In this document: one piece after another, positions 1 through 9,499 of the stretch
How positions within the stretch are numbered: position 1 is the stretch's first letter
Layout: the number at the start of each line of letters is the position of its first letter
Assembly (NCBI GenBank): GCA_963699985.1
Contig: CAVOVZ010000013.1
Span: forward strand, 327,852-391,851
Reading direction: 5' to 3'
DNA: 64,000 nucleotides
From: Terriglobia bacterium
Lineage (GTDB): Bacteria; Acidobacteriota; Polarisedimenticolia; Polarisedimenticolales; CAVOVZ01
Made by a program: the position numbers and the translations under genes
Notes under the pieces: model-generated
The model's input: the letters and a program-made list of their open reading frames with translations, nothing else
Told to the model about the DNA's origin: nothing
The model's database searches: none

Positions 1-582
1 AAGGAGACGCCGCTGCGCGATCTGACCTTCACCGACGAGGAGATCCGGAGGCTGCGGGGATACACCTTCCTCTCGATGAAGCCGCTCATCGTCGTGGTCA
101 ACGCCGACGAGGCGGACGCCTCGAAGCTCTCGCAGGGAGCGGACGCCTTCGGCCTCTCGCACCTGCGGGACAAGCCGAACACCGAGGTCGTGGCGCTCTC
201 GGCGAAGATCGAGGCGGAGATCTCCCAGCTCGATGCGGCCGACGCCGCCGCGTTCCAGGCCGACCTGGGGATCGCCGAGCCGGCGCTGGTGCGGATGATC
301 CGCGGCTCGTACCACCTCCTCGGTCGCATCTCGTTCTTCACGGTCGGAGACGACGAGTGCCGGGCCTGGACGATCCGTGCCGGAACGAACGCCCGGAGCG
401 CGGCGGGGGTGATCCACAGCGACCTGGAGCGGGGCTTCATCCGCGCGGAGGTCATCCGCTACGAGGACCTGGTCGCAGCCGGCGCGTGGGCCGCCTGCCG
501 CGACAAGGGAACCCTGAGGGTCGAGGGGAAGGACTACGTCGTGCAGGACGGCGACGTCGTGCAGGTCCGATTCAACGTGTAG
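1..582 (+). CDS. ychF: Ribosome-binding ATPase YchF, C-terminal part (5' end lies outside the window)
   Basis: Frame 1 is open from nt 1. The translation ...ISFFTVGDDECRAWTIRAGTNARSAAGVIHSDLERGFIRAEVIRYEDL...VVQDGDVVQVRFNV* is the conserved YchF/OLA1 C-terminal region. Confidence 0.9.
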   Translation, partial: KETPLRDLTFTDEEIRRLRGYTFLSMKPLIVVVNADEADASKLSQGADAFGLSHLRDKPNTEVVALSAKIEAEISQLDAADAAAFQADLGIAEPALVRMIRGSYHLLGRISFFTVGDDECRAWTIRAGTNARSAAGVIHSDLERGFIRAEVIRYEDLVAAGAWAACRDKGTLRVEGKDYVVQDGDVVQVRFNV

Positions 583-2074
583 CTCGCCGCGCCCGCCCTC
601 GCGTCCCCCCCGAGCGCTTCACCCCAGCCTCCTCGCGCAGAGCCGCGCCGAGGCGCCTCGCGAGCACCCGGTCCTGCGACGGAATCACCGTCCGCAGGTC
701 GAGCAGGAGCTTCCCTTCGTGGATGCGCCCGATGACCGGAGGATCACCGACTCGCAGCGCCCGCTCCAGGAATCCCGCGTCGCCTCGAAGCCCCTCGACC
801 GCCAGCAGTCGCGTCGGCCGCTCACCGGTGGGCGACGATCCCCCCCCGGTGCGGGACACCCCCGCGATCAGGCTCAGGCGTGACGACGCGCCGGCGCCCC
901 GGCCCGCCTGGCGGGCCACCACCTCGGCGCGACGACCGATCTCCTCGGGGCCGAGGGCGAGCATCCGGAGGGTCGGGACCTCCTGGAACGCGCGACCGCG
1001 CAGGTACGACACGAGGGTCTCCCGGAGAGCGCAGATCAGAAGCCGGTCCAGACGGCACACGCGGGCCATCGGATCGCGGCGCATACGGGCCACCAGGTCC
1101 TCGCGGCCGATCACGAGTCCCGCCTGCGGACCGCCCAGCAGCTTGTCTCCGCTGAAGGTGACGAGATCCGCGCCCGCCTCGAGGATGGCCCTCACGGGCA
1201 TCTCGTCGTGGATTCCCAAAGGACCCAGATCCACCAGATCGCCGCTCCCCCAATCGACGACCAGCGGAACTCCGGCTCGCCGGGCGAGCGCCGCGAGGGA
1301 GGCGATCGAGGTTTCTTCCGCGAACCCGACGATCTTGAAGTTGCTCGTGTGGACCTTCAGCAACAGGCCGGTGCGCGGCGAGAGCGCGCTCTCGTAGTCC
1401 GCGACGCGCGTGCGGTTGGTGGTGCCCACCTCGCGAAGGCGCGCCCCCGACGCCGAGAGGATCTCCGGCACGCGGAAGGACCCCCCGATCTCCACCAGCT
1501 CGCCCCGGGAGACGATCACTTCCTTGCCTTGCGCCAGCGCGCGCAGGGCGATCAGGATGGCGGCGGCGTTGTTGTTGAACGCGGCGGCGGCTCGGCCCGG
1601 GAACAGCCGGGCCAGAACCGGCTCGAGATGCGCCGAGCGGCTGCCGCGCGAGGCGCCCGCGAGGTCGTACTCGAGGTCCATGTACGCCGCGGAAACCCGC
1701 GACAGACGTCGCGCCGCATCTTCGGAGAGCAACGAGCGACCCAGGTTCGTATGGACCACGATCCCCGTCGCGTTGATCACCGTCCGAGGCGAAGGAGCCA
1801 GAACGACGCGCGCCGCCTCCCGCGCGCGGGCGATGACGGCGGCGGGGGTGATCGCACGCCGCAGCGCGTCGCCGCGAATCCCGCCGGCGAGGACGCGGGT
1901 TCGAATCGCGTCGAGCTCCTCTCGAACCAGATCCGTCGCCAGCGCGGGTCCCGCCTGGCGCGCCAGCGCATGCCAGGCGGGCACGCCCTTTACGCGCGAG
2001 ACAGCCGGTATTCTCCGGAGCGCCTCGCCTCGCTCGTCTCGCTCCGCGCGGGGATTCTTCCGGGCTCGCTTCAT
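572..2074 (-). CDS. selA: L-seryl-tRNA(Sec) selenium transferase (selenocysteine synthase)
   Basis: ORF 572-2332 trimmed to ATG 2074 (MKRARKNP...). Contains ...VINATGIVVHTNLGRS..., ...VHTSNFKIVGF... and the PLP-lysine context FSGDKLLGGPQAGLVIG typical of SelA. Converges on ychF with an 11-nt overlap. Confidence 0.9.
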   Translation of the reverse strand: MKRARKNPRAERDERGEALRRIPAVSRVKGVPAWHALARQAGPALATDLVREELDAIRTRVLAGGIRGDALRRAITPAAVIARAREAARVVLAPSPRTVINATGIVVHTNLGRSLLSEDAARRLSRVSAAYMDLEYDLAGASRGSRSAHLEPVLARLFPGRAAAAFNNNAAAILIALRALAQGKEVIVSRGELVEIGGSFRVPEILSASGARLREVGTTNRTRVADYESALSPRTGLLLKVHTSNFKIVGFAEETSIASLAALARRAGVPLVVDWGSGDLVDLGPLGIHDEMPVRAILEAGADLVTFSGDKLLGGPQAGLVIGREDLVARMRRDPMARVCRLDRLLICALRETLVSYLRGRAFQEVPTLRMLALGPEEIGRRAEVVARQAGRGAGASSRLSLIAGVSRTGGGSSPTGERPTRLLAVEGLRGDAGFLERALRVGDPPVIGRIHEGKLLLDLRTVIPSQDRVLARRLGAALREEAGVKRSGGTRGRARRATR

Positions 2075-2156
2075 TTGCACCGTCTCGGGGCCAAAACTAT
2101 ACTCTTCCAGGCGCAAGTGCGACGATTCTCGTATCGTCTGCCAGACGAGGTCCGAA

Positions 2157-2735
2157 GTGGTGGAGAGCGGTTCTCCTTCCCGAATCGAAGCCGATCTCGC
2201 TCGCCTCGAGGACGGCATCCGGCAGCTCAAGCTCCAGTACGACATGTTCTTCTCCGGGGCGATCCCGCGGCAGCCGTTCGAGATGCGAACGCAGTTCGAG
2301 CAGCTCATCCGGCGGTACGCGAACGCCCCCATCCGGAAGTACGCGCACCGCTTTCATTACAACGCCATCGTGAGCCGCTTCAACAGCCTGTCCGAGCACT
2401 GGGCGAAGACGCTGCGCAGCATCGAGGAGGGGAATCGGCCGGCGCCCGCGCTCCTCGACCGGCAGGGAAAGGGTGCGGGCGAGCGCGTCGTGACCACGTG
2501 CCACCTGCGGGACCTGACCAATCAGCGCGAGGCGCTCCAGATCCTCCACGAGTGCTTCCTCGAAGCTCGCCGCAAGGTGGGCGTACTGAATTCCCAGGTC
2601 TCGCTCGAGTCCTTCATCCGAGGAATCTCCGTGCAAGCGCAGCGGCTCCGCGAGAAGTCCGGCTGCTCCGAGGTCGAGTTGCGCCTCGTGATCGAAAACC
2701 GGAACGTGCATCTAAAAGCCCGGCCCGGGCGGTGA
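2157..2735 (+). CDS. Conserved-looking hypothetical protein (no family assigned)
   Basis: 3' part of ORF 1410-2735. GTG 2157 follows GAGG. Composition is unbiased (…LKLQYDMFFSGAIPRQPFEMRTQFEQLIRRYANAPIRKYAHRFHYNAIVSRFNSLSEHW…), unlike the Arg/Ser-rich upstream part of the ORF. Divergent from selA. Confidence 0.55.
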   Translation: MVESGSPSRIEADLARLEDGIRQLKLQYDMFFSGAIPRQPFEMRTQFEQLIRRYANAPIRKYAHRFHYNAIVSRFNSLSEHWAKTLRSIEEGNRPAPALLDRQGKGAGERVVTTCHLRDLTNQREALQILHECFLEARRKVGVLNSQVSLESFIRGISVQAQRLREKSGCSEVELRLVIENRNVHLKARPGR

Positions 2736-2758
2736 GCCCGCGGCTCGTCGGGGACCCC

Positions 2759-3871
2759 ATGAAAATCCGTCGGATTCTCGGTTGGCTTCTTTCGGCCGCC
2801 GCCGTCGCCGCGCTGGCCTTCGTCGTGTTCGCCCACGGCTCGGCGCTCGCTGGCTCCCAGACTCCACCCGAGCCCCCGGACGACGAGCAGGTTCCGCCGT
2901 CCCCGGACGCGGATCAGGAAGAACAGTTGGAAGAACCGGAGGAGGAAGGGGAGGAGCCCCCGGACGAGGCCGAGCCCCCTCCGCCGGCGGGGCAGCCGAT
3001 TCCCGTGCAGCCCGCTCCCGTGCAGCCTGCGCCGACGCAGCCCGCTCCCGCGAAGCCCGTCCCCACGCAGCCTGCGCCGGCGCAGCCCGCTCCGGTGAAG
3101 CCGGTCCCGACGCAGCCCGGCCCGACGCCCGCCCCGCAGGCAGCCTCTCCCGGCACGACTTCGACGCCCGTCCCTCCGCCTCAGGGCACCCCTTCCGCTC
3201 CCCCGTCGGCCGTCCCGTCCCCGGCGGCGAAGTCCCCCGCCCCGGCTCCCGCGCCGCAGCAGCCGATCGCGGACGCCGCGCAGCCACCGCCGGTGAAGAT
3301 CCCCGCCGCGCTCTCGAAGCTCGAGAGCCGTCTGCGGAAGGGTCCGATCGCGCAAGATCCGAACGGACTTCGCTATCTCGACCTCGTGGCCTCCGGAAAG
3401 GCGACGCCTGCCGACCTCAACGCGTTCGGCGTCGTTGTCGGCCGGCGGAACTTCCTGAAGGACGCGGAGACGCTCTTCAAGGCCGCGCTGGACCAGGACA
3501 AGACGAACATCGATTTCCTGATGAATCTGGGGACGGTCAAGCTCCAGCGGGGCAACTTCTCCGGAGCGCTCGCCGAGTTCGAGAAAGTGAAGAAGATCGA
3601 TCCCAACAACGCCTTTGCCTGGTACAACATCGGCACGGTTCACGACTACATGCGGAACTACGACGATTCCGTGGATGCGTTCGTGCGGGCGATCGCCCTC
3701 GATCCCACCCTGGGCGACTCGAAAGTCAATCCGCTGGTCGTGAACAACGATCGCCTCATGGTGGTCAACCTCCTTCTGTATCAAGCGCAGCAAGGCAGCC
3801 TCGTCATGCCTCTGCGCGGCGGACCTCCGGCTTCGAACGGAGCCCCGAAAGGGAGTCCGAAGAAACCCTGA
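2759..3871 (+). CDS. Membrane-anchored/secreted TPR-repeat protein with acidic and proline-rich linker
   Basis: ATG 2759 (MKIRRILGWLLSAAAVAALAFVVFAHG = signal/anchor). An EEQLEEPEEEGEEPPDE acidic stretch and a Pro-rich repeat follow. The C-terminal TPR-like helices are ...AETLFKAALDQDKTNIDFLMNLGTVKLQRGNFSGALAEFEKVKKIDPNNAFAWYNIGTVHDYMRNYDDSVDAFVRAIALDP. Confidence 0.75.
   Translation: MKIRRILGWLLSAAAVAALAFVVFAHGSALAGSQTPPEPPDDEQVPPSPDADQEEQLEEPEEEGEEPPDEAEPPPPAGQPIPVQPAPVQPAPTQPAPAKPVPTQPAPAQPAPVKPVPTQPGPTPAPQAASPGTTSTPVPPPQGTPSAPPSAVPSPAAKSPAPAPAPQQPIADAAQPPPVKIPAALSKLESRLRKGPIAQDPNGLRYLDLVASGKATPADLNAFGVVVGRRNFLKDAETLFKAALDQDKTNIDFLMNLGTVKLQRGNFSGALAEFEKVKKIDPNNAFAWYNIGTVHDYMRNYDDSVDAFVRAIALDPTLGDSKVNPLVVNNDRLMVVNLLLYQAQQGSLVMPLRGGPPASNGAPKGSPKKP
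2993..3139 (+). repeat. In-frame tandem pentapeptide repeat P-x-[QK]-P-[AV] (15-nt period, about 9 units)
   Basis: Translation is QPIPVQPAPVQPAPTQPAPAKPVPTQPAPAQPAPVKPVPTQPGPTPAPQ. The nucleotide units ccc-gyg-cag-ccy-gcn recur directly. Confidence 0.8.
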
Positions 3872-3915
3872 CCGCGTTGCCACCGCCGGGCCGGTCCGTC
3901 TACAATCCCGCTTCC

Positions 3916-4671
3916 ATGAGGCGCATCATGCGTTGGATGGCGGGAGGGATCGCGTGGGCCGTGCTCCTGCACGGCTCGGGCAGCGTGTTCGCGTGGAATC
4001 CCCAGACCAGGGTCCGCGTCGTCGACGAGGCGGTCCGGTTGATGCCCCCCTCGCTCCGTCTCGCGCTGGAGCGGCATCGAGAGGATCTCCTCCGCGGCGC
4101 CCTCTTGCCCATGACCGGTGAGGACGGGCCGGCCCATCGCCCGCCCTGGCAGTCGGGGACGCTGGAGCAGGAGATCGCCCGGCAGATCGAGTCCCTGGCC
4201 CAGACCGTCGGGAAGCCCGCGTCCTTCCGGGACCTGGCGCGGCGATTCGGAGAGGTGGCTCACTTCGTGTCCGATGCAGGCTTTCCGCCGGTGGCGGCGG
4301 GGCCCGAGGGAGCCAGCCGGTACTCGGACTTCGGCCGCTTCTGCGAGTCTCGCGCGGACCGCTTCCCGCTGGTCTTCTACGGCCACGAGGATCCGGACCT
4401 GGCACGAGACGACGCCCGCGGCTACGCCCTTCGGATCCTCGATCGCTCCCGCGACGAGGACCGGCAGCTGGCGCGCGCGTACGCCGAGGCGGGAACTCCC
4501 CCCGATCCCACGGCCTTCGACGATCGGTCCGTTCCGTTCGCCGTTGCGTCGCTGTCGTACTCGAGGACGGTGACCGACGTCGTTCGCGCGTGGCTCACCG
4601 GGTGGGGTCGCGGAGGCGGAGACCTGGGGAAGACCCCGTACCTGCGCTCGACCCGCACGTACCGGCGTTAG
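3916..4671 (+). CDS. Hypothetical secreted protein
   Basis: ATG 3916 within ORF 2782-4671. N-terminal signal peptide MRRIMRWMAGGIAWAVLLHGSGSVFA-WNP, then ordinary composition. No family recognised with confidence. Confidence 0.6.
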   Translation: MRRIMRWMAGGIAWAVLLHGSGSVFAWNPQTRVRVVDEAVRLMPPSLRLALERHREDLLRGALLPMTGEDGPAHRPPWQSGTLEQEIARQIESLAQTVGKPASFRDLARRFGEVAHFVSDAGFPPVAAGPEGASRYSDFGRFCESRADRFPLVFYGHEDPDLARDDARGYALRILDRSRDEDRQLARAYAEAGTPPDPTAFDDRSVPFAVASLSYSRTVTDVVRAWLTGWGRGGGDLGKTPYLRSTRTYRR

Positions 4672-4802
4672 AAAGCAATGGGAACTCCCCCGCTCGGCCG
4701 ACGGTCCGCGAAACGGGAGGACCCGCGCGCCTGTTTCGGGCCTCACGCTCTCCTGGGTTTCTCGGAATTCGCCAACCGATCGCGCTGTCCTTCGAGGACG
4801 AA

Positions 4803-6365
4803 ATGAGCACCGTGATTCGACGAGCGCTTCTGAGCGTGTTCTCCAAGGATGGGATCGTCTCGCTCGGCCGGGATCTCCAGGCGGCCGGCGTCGAGGTCCT
4901 GTCGAGCGGCGGGACGGCGCGTCTGCTCCACGAAAACGGCATCTCGGTCGTGGAGGTGCAGGAGTACACCGGTTTCCCGGAGATGCTCGACGGGCGCGTC
5001 AAGACCCTCCATCCTCGGATCCACGGCGGGATCCTCGCGATCCGATCGAACCCGGGCCACATGGACGCGCTGGCGCGGCACGGGATCCGCCCGATCGACC
5101 TGGTGGTGGTCAACCTCTACCCGTTCACCGAAACCGCGGCCCGCGCGGACGCGAGCTTCGACGATGTCGTGGAGATGATCGACATCGGCGGTCCGAGCCT
5201 GCTGCGGGCCGCGGCGAAAAACCACCCCGACGTGGTGGTCGTGGTGGACCCTCTGGATTACGGGGTCGTCACCCAGTCTGTGCGAGACGGCGAACCGATT
5301 GCCGGAGAGATCCGGAGACGGCTCGCGGCGAAGGCGTTCGCGCACACGAGCGCCTACGACGCGGCCATCCACGCCTATCTGGCCGGCGCGTCCGGCGCCG
5401 ACGAGTCGAGATCCCGGTTCCCCGGCCGACTGGTCCTCGATTTCGGGAAGATCCAGGATCTGCGGTACGGAGAGAACCCGCATCAGAGCGCTGCGTTCTA
5501 TCGCGAGGCGGATGCGACGGGTCCGACCGTCGCATCGTCGGCGCAGATCCAGGGGAAGGAGCTTTCGTTCAACAACATCCTCGACCTCGACGCCGCCCTC
5601 GCCCTCGCGTCCGACCTGCGCGAGGGCGCGTGCGTGATCGTCAAGCACGGGAACCCCTGTGGGGTCGCCCTGGGACCCGAGCCCGCCGCCGCGTTTCGCC
5701 GTGCGCTCGAATGCGATCCGGTGAGCGCGTTCGGGGGGGTGATCGCCTTCAGCCGCGCGGTGGACGCTCCGGCCGCAGAGGCGATCGTCGAGGCGTTCTA
5801 CGAGGGCGTCGTCGCGCCGGAGGTCGAGCCGGCGGCCCGGGAGATCCTCGCCTCGAAGAAGAACCTCCGCGTGCTCGTCACCGGCGGTCTGTCCACGGCG
5901 GCCCCCGCGGGGTGGGATCTCCGGCGGATCCGAGGCGGCCTGCTGGCGCAGGACTGGGACACCTTGGGAGAGCCCGTCCGCCATGGGCGCGTCGTGACGC
6001 GGCGCCAGCCGAGCGAGGACGACTGGCGCGCGCTTCAGTTCGCGTGGGTCGTCTGTCGGCACGTGAAGTCCAACGCCATCGTCTACGCGCGAAGCGACCG
6101 CACGCTGGGGATCGGCGCGGGCCAGATGAGCCGCGTGGACTCCGCGCGCATCGGGATCGAGAAGGCGCAGGCCCCGCTCGCGGGCACCGCCATGGCTTCG
6201 GATGCCTTCTTCCCCTTCCGCGACGGCATCGACACTGCCGCGAAGGCCGGCGTGAGGGCGGTCGTCCAGCCCGGCGGCTCCGTGCGCGACAACGAGGTGA
6301 TCGCCGCGGCGGACGAGCACGACATGACGATGGTCTTCACCGGGCGAAGGCACTTCCGGCACTGA
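4803..6365 (+). CDS. purH: Bifunctional AICAR transformylase / IMP cyclohydrolase
   Basis: ATG 4803. [42 protein letters not shown]...[16 protein letters not shown]...YGENPHQ...[10 protein letters not shown]...[10 protein letters not shown]...VQPGGSVRD...TGRRHFRH* is colinear with PurH along its full length. Confidence 0.95.
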   Translation: MSTVIRRALLSVFSKDGIVSLGRDLQAAGVEVLSSGGTARLLHENGISVVEVQEYTGFPEMLDGRVKTLHPRIHGGILAIRSNPGHMDALARHGIRPIDLVVVNLYPFTETAARADASFDDVVEMIDIGGPSLLRAAAKNHPDVVVVVDPLDYGVVTQSVRDGEPIAGEIRRRLAAKAFAHTSAYDAAIHAYLAGASGADESRSRFPGRLVLDFGKIQDLRYGENPHQSAAFYREADATGPTVASSAQIQGKELSFNNILDLDAALALASDLREGACVIVKHGNPCGVALGPEPAAAFRRALECDPVSAFGGVIAFSRAVDAPAAEAIVEAFYEGVVAPEVEPAAREILASKKNLRVLVTGGLSTAAPAGWDLRRIRGGLLAQDWDTLGEPVRHGRVVTRRQPSEDDWRALQFAWVVCRHVKSNAIVYARSDRTLGIGAGQMSRVDSARIGIEKAQAPLAGTAMASDAFFPFRDGIDTAAKAGVRAVVQPGGSVRDNEVIAAADEHDMTMVFTGRRHFRH

Positions 6366-6422
6366 CGGTTCCGCGAGGGGCGATCTCGTGCGCGGGGCCG
6401 CCGGCCACGGCATCGGGGCCGC

Positions 6423-8510
6423 TCAGTCCGAAAGATCCCGGAACGGAAGGCTCTCCACGATATCGTAGTAGGCGCGGTCCTTGCGCCGGCTCTGGCACGC
6501 GGCGGCGAGCGTCCGCGCCCGGCGCACCTCCGGATCGGCGGGAAGAAGCGCGGCGGCTTCCGCGAAGTGGGAGACAGCCTGCCCGCAATCCGCCGCGCGC
6601 AGGGCGATCAATCCGAGGTTGTACCATCCCGCCGCCTTGCACAGGCCGAGCCGCGACGCGTCCACCGTCCCCTCGGGCAGGCGGTAGAACATCCGAAGCG
6701 CCGACTCGTACTCCCCCGTCTCGAACGCGCGTCGCGCTTTTCCGAACTGCTCGGTGTCGGCCTTGCCTCTCCTGTACGCTTCGCCCGCGTCGAGCAGCCT
6801 TCGCCTCGCTTCCTCGTGATCCGGCTGAACCCCAAGGACGCTGTCGAATGCGAGAATCGCGGCGTCGTACCGGCCCGCCGCCATGGCCCGCTCGCCGCGC
6901 GCCATCTCGTCCACGACCCGCTTCGCTGCGTCGTCGGCGCCGGCTCGGGGCGGCGTCACCGGTTCGCCGGTGCTCTTCGACTTCGGCCCCGGAAGGCGGT
7001 CAGGTCGGACATTCCCGGCGGCGGGTGCGGATCGCCCGCGAGGCGCCGCCACGGACGCTTCTGCCGCCGGAGAGTCGCCGGGTCTCGATAGCCACCACGC
7101 GAGGACCGCACAGCCCGTCAGGAGCCCGATTCCGGCAGCGCCGAGCAGCATCGCCCTTCGACCGGGAAGGTGGAACCTCGACCTTCGGGACGGCGCCGCC
7201 GGCGCGTGTACCTGCGCCGGCTGCGCTGCCTGGGGCTCGGAGCCAAGGTCGCCGTAGTCCGCCCCGGGCTCCAGATCGAAGGGTTCCGGCTCGGGCGTCC
7301 CGGACTGCGGCACGGCCACGGCTGCCGACGGGGTGCTGGCCGGCTCGCCCAGCTCGGCGGCTCCGCGGGAGGCGGAAACGGCCGGCGTCGTCTCGCGGTG
7401 CTTCGAGAGCTGGTGGTCGACCCTCTCGAGGAAGACCAACGCCTCGCGATGGGTCGGAGCGCGCTCCAGGGTCTTGAGGAAAAGCTGACGCGCCTCCTCG
7501 ATCCGACCCTCGTCGAAACAGCGTGCACCTTCCTCGACCCACTCCTGGATCTTCCTCGCCTCGTTCTCGACGCGCGCGCGAACCTCTTCTTCGAGGGCCA
7601 TGGCGTCCTGGTTCCGTTCGTCGAGGATGAGAAGCCGCGAGAGCAGGCCGAGCGCCTCGTCGTCCTCCCCCTTCGCCGCCGCGCCCTTCGCCAGGACCCA
7701 GAGCTCCGACACCCGCTGCTTCAGGGCGGCCGCGGCGGGATCCTCGCTCCGGGATTCCCCTTGGGGCGCCGGAGCGGGCTTCGAGGGGACCGATTCGCGC
7801 TGCGCCTCGGCCGGAGCGTCGGGGCCACCCGGCCCGGCCTCGCGCCGCGAGGAGTGGTCCTTGGGAGGAGGTCGGTACTCGTTCGCCCGGCCTCGAGCCG
7901 CTTGCTCCGCGACCGGCGCGGGCGGAGCCAGCCTGGGCTCGGCGAGCAGATCGGCCTCGCCGGGGAGCAGCGCTTCCGGCTCGCCTTCGCGGCCGTCCCG
8001 CAGCACGACCATCCCAAGGGTCGACTGCGGCGGGGAGACCTGACGGCACTCCTCGAGCAGCTTGGCCGCCTCGGCGTAGGCGGGGTCGAGCGACAGGAGC
8101 TTGGCTGTCGTCTCGGCCGCACGCTCGGAATCTCCCGCGGCCGCGTACGCCTGCGCGAGCGTGGAGAGCACGTCGGGATCGTCTGCGTGCTCAGCGCAGA
8201 GTTCCTCCGCGGAGCGAATGGCGCCGTGGAAGTCCCCCGCCTCGATCCGCAGCTCGACCTCGTGGAGCCGCGTCATCAATCCGTCCGGTTCGCGGGGCTC
8301 ATCCTCGGGAAACGTGGGTGCGGGGAAGTCGGGCAGCTCGTCCGTGCTGTCGGCGAGGAGGGACGACATCCGAACCCCCTCCTGCGCCTTCTCATCGTGC
8401 GGGTCGACGAGCAGGAGCTGCTTCCACGCGGCAACCGCTTCGGCATACTCGCCGCGCACGTAGTGCTCGGATGCCTTCTCGTGAAGCGACGCCACTTGCC
8501 GAGGGTCCAT
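6423..8510 (-). CDS. Large TPR-repeat protein with central transmembrane segment
   Basis: ATG 8510. Repeated TPR-like helices ([23 protein letters not shown]..., ...[23 protein letters not shown]..., ...[23 protein letters not shown]...). Hydrophobic stretch [22 protein letters not shown]. Confidence 0.8.
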   Translation of the reverse strand: MDPRQVASLHEKASEHYVRGEYAEAVAAWKQLLLVDPHDEKAQEGVRMSSLLADSTDELPDFPAPTFPEDEPREPDGLMTRLHEVELRIEAGDFHGAIRSAEELCAEHADDPDVLSTLAQAYAAAGDSERAAETTAKLLSLDPAYAEAAKLLEECRQVSPPQSTLGMVVLRDGREGEPEALLPGEADLLAEPRLAPPAPVAEQAARGRANEYRPPPKDHSSRREAGPGGPDAPAEAQRESVPSKPAPAPQGESRSEDPAAAALKQRVSELWVLAKGAAAKGEDDEALGLLSRLLILDERNQDAMALEEEVRARVENEARKIQEWVEEGARCFDEGRIEEARQLFLKTLERAPTHREALVFLERVDHQLSKHRETTPAVSASRGAAELGEPASTPSAAVAVPQSGTPEPEPFDLEPGADYGDLGSEPQAAQPAQVHAPAAPSRRSRFHLPGRRAMLLGAAGIGLLTGCAVLAWWLSRPGDSPAAEASVAAPRGRSAPAAGNVRPDRLPGPKSKSTGEPVTPPRAGADDAAKRVVDEMARGERAMAAGRYDAAILAFDSVLGVQPDHEEARRRLLDAGEAYRRGKADTEQFGKARRAFETGEYESALRMFYRLPEGTVDASRLGLCKAAGWYNLGLIALRAADCGQAVSHFAEAAALLPADPEVRRARTLAAACQSRRKDRAYYDIVESLPFRDLSD

Positions 8511-8703
8511 GTCCGCCCCGATCCGGCACGCGGCCCCCCCGGCGGACTACCCCCCGAAGGCTCTCCGCGGTCCGGCCATGCGCACCGGCGGCGAATATAG
8601 GGTCCACGATCCGGAGGGAGCAATCCGGGGTGGGCCCGGGCATGCGGCGGGCGGGGATCCGCGAGAAGGAGGTTCGAATCGAACGGGGCGGAAGAAAGCC
8701 GAA

Positions 8704-9330
8704 TCAGGGACCCGCCCGCTTCGCGCGCTCCGAAGCGAGGGCATCGCGGAGCCGGGCTGTATCCGGCGAGGATGGGCGGAGTCGATCGAGCCGGTTCAGA
8801 ACCGCTTCGGCCTCATCGAAGCGGCCGAGCTTGAAGCTGAGCACCACCACCGTGTTGAACAGCGACTGCCAGTGCGCCGGATCCGCCTTCTGCGCACGGC
8901 TGAACGAGTCGAGCGCCTTCTCGTTCTCGCCGATGGCCTGAAGACAGGTGCCCAGGTCGGTGAGAACATCCGGGTCCGTCGGGGTCACCTGCAGGGCCTT
9001 CTCGTAGAAGCCGATCGCCTGCTGGAACATGTTGGCGTCGTGGTAGAGGTTCGCAAGCCGCGTGAGCGCTCGAACGTTGCCGGGGTCATTCTGGAGCACG
9101 CGTTTGAGACCGTTGATCTCCTCGATCATCGGAGCGCCTGCGCCGCCGGGGCCGATCTGCGTGGGGGCCATGGTACCCGCGGGCCCGGGGACGGGCGCGG
9201 CGGCAACGACACCCGCTGCGGCGGCGAGCTGTTTCGCGGGACGGTGCTCCAAGATCCGGAAGACTCCGAATCCGAAGAGAAAGCCGAACGCGAGCCCACC
9301 GGCCAGGTACGCGAGATTGTCACGATTCAC
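8704..9330 (-). CDS. N-terminally membrane-anchored TPR-repeat protein
   Basis: GTG 9330. TM segment LAYLAGGLAFGFLFGFGVFRIL, then TPRs (...VRALTRLANLYHDANMFQQAIGFYEKALQVTPTDPDVLTDLGTCLQAIGENEKALDSFSRAQKADP...). Confidence 0.8.
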   Translation of the reverse strand: MNRDNLAYLAGGLAFGFLFGFGVFRILEHRPAKQLAAAAGVVAAAPVPGPAGTMAPTQIGPGGAGAPMIEEINGLKRVLQNDPGNVRALTRLANLYHDANMFQQAIGFYEKALQVTPTDPDVLTDLGTCLQAIGENEKALDSFSRAQKADPAHWQSLFNTVVVLSFKLGRFDEAEAVLNRLDRLRPSSPDTARLRDALASERAKRAGP

Positions 9331-9499
9331 GGCGCGTCCTCATTGCGGGGATGGCGATGCGATCGACCTCGCCCCGCGGAACCCGAGCAACCTACCGGAC
9401 TCGATCGGGGAGTGTCAAGGAAACGCCGTCTCGGAAGCAGGCTGGGTGCGCCGGATCGTCGCGGAGCCCGTGTTAGACTCCGTCGGGAGACCGTTCGCC

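Noticed and set aside
4672-4802. Possible ZTP (pfl) riboswitch upstream of purH
   Set aside because: purH is a classic ZTP-riboswitch target, but I could not find the conserved GGGUCGUGAC/CCGCCUGGGC-type elements. There is only a generic 9-bp hairpin (cgaaacggg...cctgtttcg). A covariance-model scan would settle it.
5630-7477. 615-aa ORF spanning the purH 3' end and the antisense of the TPR gene
   Set aside because: It is extremely Arg/Pro/Gly-rich and overlaps purH out of frame. There is no start context.
8660-8690. tRNA-like T-loop string ggttcgaatc
   Set aside because: The flanking bases do not form a T-stem (GGAGG is not followed by CCTCC). No acceptor or anticodon arms can be drawn.
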